A stretch of DNA of 64,000 nt from Bacillota bacterium (lineage in GTDB: Bacteria > Bacillota > Sulfobacillia > Fermentithermobacillales > Fermentithermobacillaceae), in contig DUVI01000002.1 of the NCBI GenBank assembly GCA_012841065.1, positions 10,072-74,071 on the forward strand. The letters run 5' to 3'. Each line of letters begins with the position of its first letter. The stretch's first letter is position 1. Positions 26,482 through 34,749 of this stretch are shown here, in pieces. The position numbers and the translations under genes are program-made. The notes under the pieces are model-generated. The model was not told the origin of the DNA and did no database searches. It saw nothing but the letters and a program-made list of their open reading frames with translations.

Positions 26482-27473
26482 AAGACCTTATCAAGAGACT
26501 GACAGAAGCTTTTGGGCCTTCAGGTTCCGAGGGGCCTGTAAGGGAAGTTATCAGGAAAGAGGTCGAGCCCTACGTTGACGAGATCAGGGTGGATGCTATG
26601 GGCAACCTCATTTGCCTCAAGAAAGGGAGCGGCGGAGGCAAAAAGGTAATCCTTGATGCTCATATGGATGAAATCGGCGTTATAGTGACCCATATAGACG
26701 ACAACGGTTTTCTGCGGTTTGCCAATATCGGGGGAGTATCCCCTATGGTTGCCCTTGGACAGCGGGTATATTTCGAAAACGGCACTTTCGGTGTGATCGG
26801 ATGCGAAAAGCTGGATGACATCAAAGATCTTAGACTCGAAAAGCTTTATATGGATATTGGCGCCACCAGCCGGGAAGAAGCTTCCAAGAAGGTTAAGGTA
26901 GGCGATATGGCCGCTTTCTTCCAGCCTGCTATTGACATGGGCAACCGCATTGTAGCCAAAGCCATGGATGACAGGATTGGTTGCGTGGTGGTAATTGAAG
27001 CTTTGAAGCGGATAAAGCAATCTGAACATGATATCTACGCGGTGTTTGCAACCCAGGAAGAGGTCGGGCTGAGAGGGGCCAGGGTAGCCGCTTACGGGAT
27101 CAATCCGGATGTGGGCATAGCTTTTGACGTTACCGGCACAGGAGATACCCCGAAAGCTCACACTATGGAGGTTTCCCTTGGCAAAGGGGCTGCCATAAAG
27201 GTCAAAGATTCCAGCTTGATATGCCATCCCGGGCTCAGGGACTACCTTGTGAAACTGGCCGAGGAGAAGGGTATCCCTTATCAGATGGAAGTATTGCAAC
27301 GCGGAGGCACAGACTCCGGCGCCATCCAGCTCACCCGGGCAGGCGTGCCGGCCGGGGTGATTTCAATCCCGTCCAGGTATATCCACAGTCCCTGTGAGAT
27401 GGTGGATCTGGGAGACGTAGAAGCTTGCGTCAACCTGTGCGTGGCTGCATGTGAGAGTCCGCTGGATTTCTGA
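26478..27473 (+). CDS. M42 family aminopeptidase, paralogue 3
   Basis: SGSE...LDAHMDEIGVIVTHIDDNGFLRF...KAMDDRIGC...FATQEEVGLRGA...IPSRYIHS. The GTG start overlaps the paralogue 2 stop. Confidence 0.88.
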   Translation: MKDLIKRLTEAFGPSGSEGPVREVIRKEVEPYVDEIRVDAMGNLICLKKGSGGGKKVILDAHMDEIGVIVTHIDDNGFLRFANIGGVSPMVALGQRVYFENGTFGVIGCEKLDDIKDLRLEKLYMDIGATSREEASKKVKVGDMAAFFQPAIDMGNRIVAKAMDDRIGCVVVIEALKRIKQSEHDIYAVFATQEEVGLRGARVAAYGINPDVGIAFDVTGTGDTPKAHTMEVSLGKGAAIKVKDSSLICHPGLRDYLVKLAEEKGIPYQMEVLQRGGTDSGAIQLTRAGVPAGVISIPSRYIHSPCEMVDLGDVEACVNLCVAACESPLDF

Positions 27474-27496
27474 ACAGTAAGCAGGTCTTAGAATCT

Positions 27497-27545
27497 AACA
27501 GGGCGTTCCCCCTCTGACTTACCGGGAACCGCCCTGTTTTATTTG
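27497..27545. terminator. Hairpin terminator between convergent genes (possibly bidirectional)
   Basis: AACAGGGCGTTCCC, a 13-nt loop, then GGGAACCGCCCTGTT followed by TTTTATTTG. It sits between the M42 operon end and the amidase gene end. Confidence 0.75.
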
Positions 27546-27617
27546 TGTACTCTTGCAGACCGGTCTTGATAGCGATCTGCACCTTCTTGCCAACTTATCA
27601 CCGGCCCGGATACAGTT

Positions 27618-29837
27618 CTAATAGGTGCCTGCCCCTGAGCCAGCTGAGAAGTATGCCTCAAGAGCTTTGAATATGCCCTTGGCTGCAGCTTCCAGAACAT
27701 AATCTTGCTTGAGCAGGTTTTCTTCCCTGGGGTTGGACAAGTACATTACTTCCACCAACACCGAGGGGCAATGAGATTCCCTGTTGACGAAGAAGTCTGC
27801 GTTTCTCACTCCCCTGTCATAGGTGCCAAGACTTGCAGTCAGGTGTTTCTGGATGAGCGTTGCCAGCCGCCTGGACTCAGATGTGTTCAAAGTGGTGCTG
27901 CATATATAAGAAGTTGTGCCCGCAGTCTGAGGGTTGCTGTGCCAGTCGTTGTGTATCGAAACAAACGCGTGAGCTTTCTGAGACCAAGCCGCCCTCTTCG
28001 CCAGATCCCCGGAATATTCATCTATGTCGGGCTTCCAGTCTTCAGGGGGAGTGGCATCTTCATACTCTCCCAACCTTGTTAGAATCACGGTTGCACCGGC
28101 CGACTCCAGGAGGTCACGGAGTTTCAGCGCAATCTTCCAGTTTACCGCGCGTTCCTGGTAACCGGTAGGGCCTGATGCCCCGGGATCGTTGCCTCCGTGC
28201 CCAGGGTCAACCACTATCACCTTGCCTGAAAGCCCTGGGTTGACGAAGAAAGCTTCGAGGGAGTTGGCATTTTTCTTTAGCAGGTAAGCACCGCTTAAGG
28301 ATGCATCCAGCGATAGGCTCACCCCGTCATTGGTGGTGCCTATGTCCACTTGCCTGACCAAGTCACCCCGCACCCGGGAAGCTTGTCCGGTGTAAGAAGC
28401 GCCTGGCAGGAACATGGTAACTGAATTGCCGTTCCTGGTGACAGTCGGCCAGGTATATCCCAGTGTATGGACAGTGAGCGCTTCTCCGTCGTCCTCACGC
28501 TTAACATCTACCGCGGTTACAGTCGGGGCAAAGCCAAGCACCACTTTTCCGGCTGATTGCTCCTGTACCACGTATGACGGTGTTTCAGAAAACTTGATGG
28601 TAACATCGCTACCTTCAACCTTGACTGATTCAAACTCGTAAGCATTTATGTCGAGCCTGCCTGCTGTGTTGAAAAACTCTGAGGTGCTTATCATCACGGT
28701 ATTGTCTGCTTGGCGTACAATCTGGCAGTCTTGAAACGGGCCCTGTACAGTAAGGGTGCGTATGCTGGAACTTGCGTCAAGGGCGATGGAAAAGCCGGGA
28801 GATGTGCCGGCTGAAGCTCCTGTGGTCAGCCACGCAGCCACCCAGCCTACCACACCTTTAGGGGGTATGCCCCTTATCCAACGATCCCGTACTTCAAGCA
28901 CGCGGATTGTGTCGCCTTTTTGCACCATGGATATCACAGGGTAATTGGTGCCCGGGCCTGCCCTGAAATTCACGTCAGTGGCATTTACCGTCGTGGTACT
29001 GTATTTCCCCAGAGACCACGAGGTCTCAGATACTCCGAAGGAAAGGGAGGGATCGTTTACTGCGGAAATCGTCGCATCAGGGCCGTATACCCAGCCTCTT
29101 ATCCCGGCCGAAGTCTGAACTGCAATCCAGGCCCCTCTTGAGGTAATGTATTTGGCAGAATCGCCCGTTCTCAAGGTAGCCATGGCAGGCGAACCTTTGA
29201 TGGGCCTTTGATATACGGTCACCGATTGGCCCCGGGGACGCACTACCATGTCTTCTGCCACCGGAACGGTCTCTTCAATAGTGGGCAGGGTGAGTTGCAA
29301 CAGTTCCTCATATATCCAGGCCGTCCGGCCTCCTCCCAGGGCGACCCTGATCCAGTCGTTCCGCTTAGCTTCAGCAGCGTATGTATGGCCTCTTTGAGTC
29401 ATCCCCACTACAGGGTAATCGGTGCCCGGTCCCTGGCGCATGTTAACATCGGTCCTGGTTACCACTGCGGTGATGCCCCTGGATCCCAGGTCGATATCAA
29501 CGAGCCATGCCGCGATCCATGCTTCCCGGCCTTTATATGAAACCTTAAGCCAATCATTTTGCCTTGACATTATGTCCAGCCAGGTACCTTCAAGCACTGT
29601 TCCTGAAGCGCTGTAGTTTGTCCCCGGGCCCGACCTCAAATTACAAACATCTCCTACTACAACTCCTTTGAAACCTGAGAAGTCAGAGGTCAGAAGCGAG
29701 GCACTGCCGTTGGACAAAGCCGTTCCGGGGGACCATATGAGGCCCAGGGTCACAGCTAAGAGGAGCATGCCCGGCAACACCCGGCGGCTCAATATTTGGA
29801 AATGTTTCATCGAAATATGTCGGATCGGTTTTGCCAT
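27618..29837 (-). CDS. Secreted N-acetylmuramoyl-L-alanine amidase with multiple SH3b-like repeats
   Basis: Signal peptide (LPGMLLLAVTLGLIWSPGTALS). Repeats CNLRSGPGTNYSA, VNMRQGPGTDYPV, VNFRAGPGTNYPV. C-terminal Amidase_3 domain (VVDPGHGGNDPGA...SIHNDW...VLVEVMYLSNPRE). Confidence 0.85.
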   Translation of the reverse strand: MAKPIRHISMKHFQILSRRVLPGMLLLAVTLGLIWSPGTALSNGSASLLTSDFSGFKGVVVGDVCNLRSGPGTNYSASGTVLEGTWLDIMSRQNDWLKVSYKGREAWIAAWLVDIDLGSRGITAVVTRTDVNMRQGPGTDYPVVGMTQRGHTYAAEAKRNDWIRVALGGGRTAWIYEELLQLTLPTIEETVPVAEDMVVRPRGQSVTVYQRPIKGSPAMATLRTGDSAKYITSRGAWIAVQTSAGIRGWVYGPDATISAVNDPSLSFGVSETSWSLGKYSTTTVNATDVNFRAGPGTNYPVISMVQKGDTIRVLEVRDRWIRGIPPKGVVGWVAAWLTTGASAGTSPGFSIALDASSSIRTLTVQGPFQDCQIVRQADNTVMISTSEFFNTAGRLDINAYEFESVKVEGSDVTIKFSETPSYVVQEQSAGKVVLGFAPTVTAVDVKREDDGEALTVHTLGYTWPTVTRNGNSVTMFLPGASYTGQASRVRGDLVRQVDIGTTNDGVSLSLDASLSGAYLLKKNANSLEAFFVNPGLSGKVIVVDPGHGGNDPGASGPTGYQERAVNWKIALKLRDLLESAGATVILTRLGEYEDATPPEDWKPDIDEYSGDLAKRAAWSQKAHAFVSIHNDWHSNPQTAGTTSYICSTTLNTSESRRLATLIQKHLTASLGTYDRGVRNADFFVNRESHCPSVLVEVMYLSNPREENLLKQDYVLEAAAKGIFKALEAYFSAGSGAGTY

Positions 29838-29995
29838 ATGTATTTACCTCTCATTTCAGTATGGGTTCTGGTGCTTTCGCTGAACTTCTTACCTGATATA
29901 GTAATCGTAATCATTCTTTCGGTTTAGACGGAATTTCCAAGGCAGATGTTCCGTTTCGACAATTTTAGCAATAACTATGATAGAGAGGGAATAGG

Positions 29996-30035
29996 CGGAA
30001 AAAAGCAGTCGCCGAACACAGGTGTCCGGCGGCTG
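29996..30035 (-). terminator. Rho-independent terminator of the isc operon
   Basis: On the minus strand: CAGCCGCCGGACAC, ct, GTGTTCGGCGACTG (one mismatch, one G-U) followed by CTTTTTTCC, about 65 nt after the iscU stop. Confidence 0.65.
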
Positions 30036-30100
30036 AGTGAAAACCTACAGGCCCCAAATATGATCAAAGGGACGGACAAACCGGCACAGGCCAGTGCATA

Positions 30101-30550
30101 TTATTCTTCGCTGCTTTCATCGTCAACGCTGTGATCATGAGTGCTGTGATCATGGCTGCTGCCGTTATCATCGCTGACGACGAGCCCCTGCTTCTTGTAG
30201 TAATCCTGAATGGCAGCATGTACTGCCTCGGCGGCCAGGTTAGAACAGTGCAGCTTCTGGGGTGGCAGCCCGCCCAGGGATTCTGCTACCTGCTTATTTG
30301 AGACTTCCAGCGCTTCTTCCAAAGTGAGCCCTTTAACCAGCTCGGTAACCATTGAGCTGGTAGCGATGGCCGCTCCGCATCCGAAAGTCCTGAACTTGAT
30401 GTCTTCAATTCTGTTATCTTTGATCTTCAGGGTTATCCTCATCGTATCCCCGCACACCGGGTTTCCCACCTGGCCAACGCCATCAGGGTTCTCCAGTTCC
30501 CCTACATTTCTCGGGTTGAAAAAGTGGTCCATAACTTTGTCATTGTACAT
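30101..30550 (-). CDS. iscU: Fe-S cluster scaffold IscU/NifU-N type
   Basis: MYNDKVMDHFFNPRNVG...GNPVCGDTM...FGCGAAIATSS...LHCSNLA (three Cys ligands). Has an unusual acidic/His-rich C-terminal tail. Confidence 0.92.
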   Translation of the reverse strand: MYNDKVMDHFFNPRNVGELENPDGVGQVGNPVCGDTMRITLKIKDNRIEDIKFRTFGCGAAIATSSMVTELVKGLTLEEALEVSNKQVAESLGGLPPQKLHCSNLAAEAVHAAIQDYYKKQGLVVSDDNGSSHDHSTHDHSVDDESSEE

Positions 30551-30570
30551 GTCTTATCCCCGCCTTTACA

Positions 30571-31761
30571 TCATAAAACGCTGCCTGGGCCTAACGGCGA
30601 CATGGCACGAAGCTTCTCTACTATTGGTGGCAGAATCTCCAGCACGTAGTTGATATCCTCTTCTGTATTGGACATCCCCAGGGAGAATCTCAGGGATCCA
30701 TGGGTCGTTTCGTGCGACAAGCCCATTGCCAAGAGCACATGGGACGGTTCAAGGGAACCTGAAGTACAAGCCGAACCTGACGAGGCCGCTACGCCCATCC
30801 GGTCGAGGTTGAGCAATATGGATTCACCTTCCAGATACTTCACGCTCACATTGACGTTGTGAGGCAGCCTCAGTACCGGGTGCCCGTTGAGAACCACATC
30901 AGGGATCTCATTGAGAAGCCCTTCAATCAGCTTGTCGCGCAGTTTGGTGAGTCTTGCTGATTCTTCCGGGAGTTCTGCTTTAGCCAAGCGGCACGCTTCG
31001 CCGAACCCCACGATTCCTGGGACGTTTTCAGTGCCGGCACGCATCCTTCTTTCGTGGGCGCCGCCGGTCACCTGGGGTGTAAGCCTGACGCCTTTTGTCA
31101 CATACAGGGCTCCAACTCCTTTAGGCCCGTATATCTTGTGGCTGGATAGGGTAAGCAGGTCAACGTTGAGCTCTTTGACGTCGATTGGAATCTTGCCTGC
31201 GCTTTGCACTGCGTCAGAGTGGAACAAAGCCCCATGTTCCCGGGCTATTTCCCCGATCTCCTTAATGGGCTCTACCGTGCCCACTTCGTTTTGTCCGTGC
31301 ATGATGGAAACCAGAATCGTGTCTTTTCTGATGGCTTTTCTTACGTCATCCGGATCAATCAACCCATACTTATCACACGGCAGGAACGTGACTTCAAACC
31401 CTTCCTTCTGAAGAACTTCAAAAGTATGGAGCACCGCATGATGTTCAATCTGACTTGTGATCAGGTGATTGCCCCGGGACCTTCTTGCATGGGCAACACC
31501 CCTTATCGCCAAGTTATCGGCCTCAGTGCCCCCTGACGTGAACAGTATCTCACTGGGAGAGGCCCCGATCAGGGAGGCCACTTTTTCCCGGGCGTCGTTG
31601 ATAGCTTCTCTCGCCTCGTATCCCCATCTGTGTATACTTGACGCGTTGCCAAATTTACCGGCGAAATATGGCAACATGGCAGCCAGCACTTCGGGTCTCA
31701 CCGGAGTGGTTGCCGAATGGTCTAGGTAGACCTGTCTTTGAGCGTTGGGCTGACTACTCAT
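30571..31761 (-). CDS. iscS: Cysteine desulfurase (NifS/IscS class)
   Basis: VYLDHSATTP...FTSGGTEADN...SSHKIYGPKG (PLP Lys)...SSGSACTSGS (active Cys). The ATG at 31761, with GGGGGA upstream, overlaps the iscR stop. Confidence 0.92.
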   Translation of the reverse strand: MSSQPNAQRQVYLDHSATTPVRPEVLAAMLPYFAGKFGNASSIHRWGYEAREAINDAREKVASLIGASPSEILFTSGGTEADNLAIRGVAHARRSRGNHLITSQIEHHAVLHTFEVLQKEGFEVTFLPCDKYGLIDPDDVRKAIRKDTILVSIMHGQNEVGTVEPIKEIGEIAREHGALFHSDAVQSAGKIPIDVKELNVDLLTLSSHKIYGPKGVGALYVTKGVRLTPQVTGGAHERRMRAGTENVPGIVGFGEACRLAKAELPEESARLTKLRDKLIEGLLNEIPDVVLNGHPVLRLPHNVNVSVKYLEGESILLNLDRMGVAASSGSACTSGSLEPSHVLLAMGLSHETTHGSLRFSLGMSNTEEDINYVLEILPPIVEKLRAMSPLGPGSVL

Positions 31762-32200
31762 GGTCAATGTCCCCCTTTTGTTCGATGTGTGCGGCCCCCT
31801 CAACCAGGTCATGTAAGGTTATTGAATTGAGGACGCCTTCAATGGCATCTCCGACTTTTTGCCAAACCAATCTCGCTCTGCAATCATCGGGGCAGTCGCA
31901 GTCCGAAAAGTCTTCATGCATGCACTTGACAGGCGCAACAGGTCCTTCGGCCACTTTCACGATTTCACCGACGGTAATCTCCGCCGCCGGCCTGGCGAGC
32001 TTGTAGCCGCCGCCAAATCCACGTTTTCCTTGTACCAGGCCGTGCTCTCTGAGCGGGATTACGATTTGTTCAAGATAGCCCTGGGATACTTTTTGGGTGG
32101 CGGAGACTTCTGCAAGCGATATAAAACCGTCTCCGGTCCTGGCCAGTTCATACATGAGCAATACTGCATAATGCCCTTTAGTCGACAGCGAAAAAGACAG
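31754..32200 (-). CDS. iscR: Rrf2-family regulator (IscR-like), apparent CTG start
   Basis: The ORF-track ORF starts at TTG 32161, but the in-frame upstream codons encode LSTKGHYAV, the conserved Rrf2 N-terminus. The only start-like codon is the CTG at 32200, 6 nt after GAGGTGA. The C-terminal Cys cluster is CMHEDFSDCDCPDDC. Confidence 0.8.
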   Translation of the reverse strand: MSFSLSTKGHYAVLLMYELARTGDGFISLAEVSATQKVSQGYLEQIVIPLREHGLVQGKRGFGGGYKLARPAAEITVGEIVKVAEGPVAPVKCMHEDFSDCDCPDDCRARLVWQKVGDAIEGVLNSITLHDLVEGAAHIEQKGDIDHE

Positions 32201-32239
32201 TTGTTCTCACCTCAATCAGGATCTCAGTGTGTGCGAATC

Positions 32240-32275
32240 TAATCCTATTATTCTACTAGGATTATAACAAGTCAA
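32240..32275 (-). promoter_or_regulatory. Putative iscR promoter (TTGACT-17-AATAAT) overlapped by the palindrome TAATCCTA-N9-TAGGATTA
   Basis: On the minus strand, the -35 TTGACT is at 32275-32270 and the -10 AATAAT at 32252-32247. A perfect 8-bp inverted repeat at 32240-32247/32257-32264 covers the spacer and -10, as expected for an autoregulatory operator. Confidence 0.4.
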
Positions 32276-32302
32276 GCATATTTGTTTAGTAGGGAATGAG
32301 TT

Positions 32303-32330
32303 TTGGAAAATATTCAACAGGAGGTATTAT
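32303..32330 (+). promoter_or_regulatory. Putative sigma-A promoter for the TPR gene (TTGGAA-16-TATTAT)
   Basis: Hexamers at 32303-32308 and 32325-32330 in the divergent intergenic region. Confidence 0.35.
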
Positions 32331-32397
32331 AACGACCGGAAGCGAAGAACAAGGAGTGAATGTTGACTACACTTTATTAGTATCGTGAGGGGTTAAC

Positions 32398-33855
32398 GTG
32401 GGTAATATGAACATTGATGAGAAGTCCCTCCGGGCGATAGTCAAGAACCTGGAAAGAGATGTGGAGAAGAGGCCCAAAGACATCGCTACAAGGCTTCAGC
32501 TGGCCTTATCCTACATGAGGCTTGCAGATGCTGACAATGCCCGGGTCCACCTGGAGAAAGTGATTGAACTAGATAAGCGCAATGTGGAAGCCAATTATTA
32601 CCTCGGGGTTCTTTGGGCTGATACAGGCAATCTGGAAGAAGCCAAGAACGCATTCAAGAGAACCGTTGCCCTGGATAAGTCCCACTCACCGTCCCACTAT
32701 TTCCTGGGGAAAATCTATGCTTTTGAAGGTAATTTGGACGCTGCCATCTCCCAAACCGAGAAGGCCAGGGATGCAAGTCCGGGTAACGTGTTTGCCCGGT
32801 CACAGCTGGGTGAACTGTATCTGGCGAAAGGCATGATCAGAGAGAGCCTGGATGAATGGCTTGAAGTCTTGAAGTTGGAGCCTGCCAACCTTCAGGCGTT
32901 GCACAATGTAGGAGCTATATGCACAGACCTTAAGATGTTTGATGAAGCTATTGATGTCCTCGAGCGTGCAGAACGGTTGGGCTCAGACGCCCCGCTCTTG
33001 TTCTACAACAAAGGGCTTTGCTATTTGGGCAAAGGTGAACATTGCAAAGCGATCGAAGCTCTCACCAAAGCCAGGGAGCTGGAGCCGGAAAATACCGTGA
33101 CCCTTATCACCCTGGGAGAAGCTTACGCTATGTCAGGAGACATCGACACGGCCATGGCTAAATGGCAGGAAGTGCTTGAAGCCAACCCTGACGACGTGTT
33201 TGCCACTTACAACCTGGGGCTTGCATTCCTTGAGAAAAGCCAGACAGACAAAGCAGTTGAAATGTGGGAGAAATGTGTATCTTTGAATCCCGCGTACGTC
33301 CCTGCACGGCAAAACCTGGCCACCCTGGCAGTCAATGCGGGGGATTTCCGCAAAGCCATAGATCATTGGCTTGCAATAAGCAGCTTGGATCCTAATAATC
33401 CCCAGCCGCAGATGGTGTTGGGAGAACTCTACTACAGGGCAGGAAATCTCATCCAAGCCAGGCGGTTCGCTGAGGAACTTGTCAACATGCTGGAGCAGGT
33501 TGAACCCAAGGACAAAGATGCGCGCAAACTAAGGTCGGACACTGAGTTTCTCTACGGAACCGTGCTCATTGCGTCCGGCAATCCTCAAGGCGGCCTTGAA
33601 CATTGGGTGAAAGCCCTCAATTACAATCCTAACTTCGCCCTTGAAGCAAGCGGGTTCATATCCAGGACAATCTGGCCTGAACTCATAAAGTTCGCCGAGG
33701 ATTATGCCAAGACTGAAGATCATAAGAAAGTATTGAGCTTGGTAAGCAGTTTCGTCAAAGAAGATACCCAGCCTCCTGAGGGTGTGCAGGCAGTTCCTGA
33801 GGTAGAAGAACCTAGAAAGGCAGGTCTTAGGTGGTTCTCACGGGGAAAGAAGTAG
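32398..33855 (+). CDS. Tetratricopeptide (TPR) repeat protein
   Basis: About 10 successive 34-residue A/Y/L-patterned repeats (e.g. ANYYLGVLWADTGNLEEAKNAFKRTVALDKSH). The start is GTG 32398 or ATG 32407. Confidence 0.8.
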   Translation: MGNMNIDEKSLRAIVKNLERDVEKRPKDIATRLQLALSYMRLADADNARVHLEKVIELDKRNVEANYYLGVLWADTGNLEEAKNAFKRTVALDKSHSPSHYFLGKIYAFEGNLDAAISQTEKARDASPGNVFARSQLGELYLAKGMIRESLDEWLEVLKLEPANLQALHNVGAICTDLKMFDEAIDVLERAERLGSDAPLLFYNKGLCYLGKGEHCKAIEALTKARELEPENTVTLITLGEAYAMSGDIDTAMAKWQEVLEANPDDVFATYNLGLAFLEKSQTDKAVEMWEKCVSLNPAYVPARQNLATLAVNAGDFRKAIDHWLAISSLDPNNPQPQMVLGELYYRAGNLIQARRFAEELVNMLEQVEPKDKDARKLRSDTEFLYGTVLIASGNPQGGLEHWVKALNYNPNFALEASGFISRTIWPELIKFAEDYAKTEDHKKVLSLVSSFVKEDTQPPEGVQAVPEVEEPRKAGLRWFSRGKK

Positions 33856-34691
33856 CAACCGATCCGGGTTTGCAGGGCATCGAAGTGATTGCCCTGGTTG
33901 GCCCAAGTGGAACAGGTAAGTCCCATCACGCGATGTGGATTGCCCAGGAATATGGCTGCCAGGCAATCATAGATGACGGCCTGCTTATTTCGGGTTCAAG
34001 GATTGTGGCAGGGAGATCGGCCAAGAGGGAGGAGACCAAGACTGCCGCGGTCAGAAGGGCGGTGTTTACTTCGGCCGGGCATGCGTTGGAAGTCCGGTCC
34101 GCCCTTGAAGACCTGGACATACAGCGGGTGCTGGTGCTTGGCACGTCAGTTTCGATGATACAACGCATAATTTCACGGCTGGGCCTCCCTGAGCCTTCGC
34201 TCATATTGGACATAAGGGATTTGGCCAGTGAAGAGGAGATCCGGGAGGCCCTGTGGCGGCGCCGGCAAGAAGGCAAGCATGTAATTCCGGCCCCGGCGTT
34301 TGAGGTGAAAAAAACCTTCTCCGGTTATCTGGTTGACCCTCTCAAGATCTTCGTCAGGGCCCGGGAGAAGAAATCTGCTGTCATGGAAAGAAGTGTGGTC
34401 AGGCCCACATACAGCTATTTCGGCAGCTTCTACATCGCTGACAATGTTGTGATGCAAATAGCTACAAGAATCTGTTCCGAAATTGAGGGCGTGAAACGGG
34501 TTCTGAGGGTCTTGGTGTTGACCACGGGCGACGGTGCCATCCTTGAAGTGGAGTTAGTGCTTAAGTACGGCGCTGAAGTGTTTGCCGTAATGAGGGAAGT
34601 CCAGTCAAAACTCAAACAAAAGCTTGAGCACCTTACCGGAATTTACCTGCTGAGCGTAGATGTAATTACCAAGAAAATCGGATTAGATTAG
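33831..34691 (+). CDS. P-loop NTPase fused to an Asp23/Gls24-like C-terminal domain
   Basis: Walker A LVGPSGTGKSH near the N-terminus. The C-terminal about 100 aa (FYIADNVVMQIATRICSEIEGVKRV...VELVLKYGAEVFAVMREVQSKLKQKLEHLTGIYLLSVDVI) resembles Asp23-family proteins. Overlaps the TPR gene by 25 nt, and the start is uncertain. Confidence 0.6.
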   Translation: MVLTGKEVATDPGLQGIEVIALVGPSGTGKSHHAMWIAQEYGCQAIIDDGLLISGSRIVAGRSAKREETKTAAVRRAVFTSAGHALEVRSALEDLDIQRVLVLGTSVSMIQRIISRLGLPEPSLILDIRDLASEEEIREALWRRRQEGKHVIPAPAFEVKKTFSGYLVDPLKIFVRAREKKSAVMERSVVRPTYSYFGSFYIADNVVMQIATRICSEIEGVKRVLRVLVLTTGDGAILEVELVLKYGAEVFAVMREVQSKLKQKLEHLTGIYLLSVDVITKKIGLD

Positions 34692-34749
34692 GCTTGGCCG
34701 GAGCAAGCGACGAGCAGTGTTGCAATAGTAATAGAAAGGGAGGGGGACC

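Noticed and set aside
25558-27299. Two long minus-strand ORFs (275 aa and 259 aa) opposite the M42 paralogues.
   Set aside because: They lie opposite strongly supported M42 genes. They have no motifs, and their His/Tyr/Pro-rich composition is typical of antisense frames.
29838-29995. The amidase leader, examined as a possible cyclic-di-AMP (ydaO-type) or other riboswitch. Such elements often precede cell-wall hydrolase genes, and cdaA is in this window.
   Set aside because: I could not find the conserved G-rich/ACGGGGA-type cores or the pseudo-twofold helices expected for that class. An Infernal/Rfam scan would be needed to be sure.
29946-30134. 62-aa plus-strand ORF in the amidase/iscU intergenic region.
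   Set aside because: It has no SD, overlaps the iscU 3' end and its terminator on the opposite strand, and has a low-complexity product.
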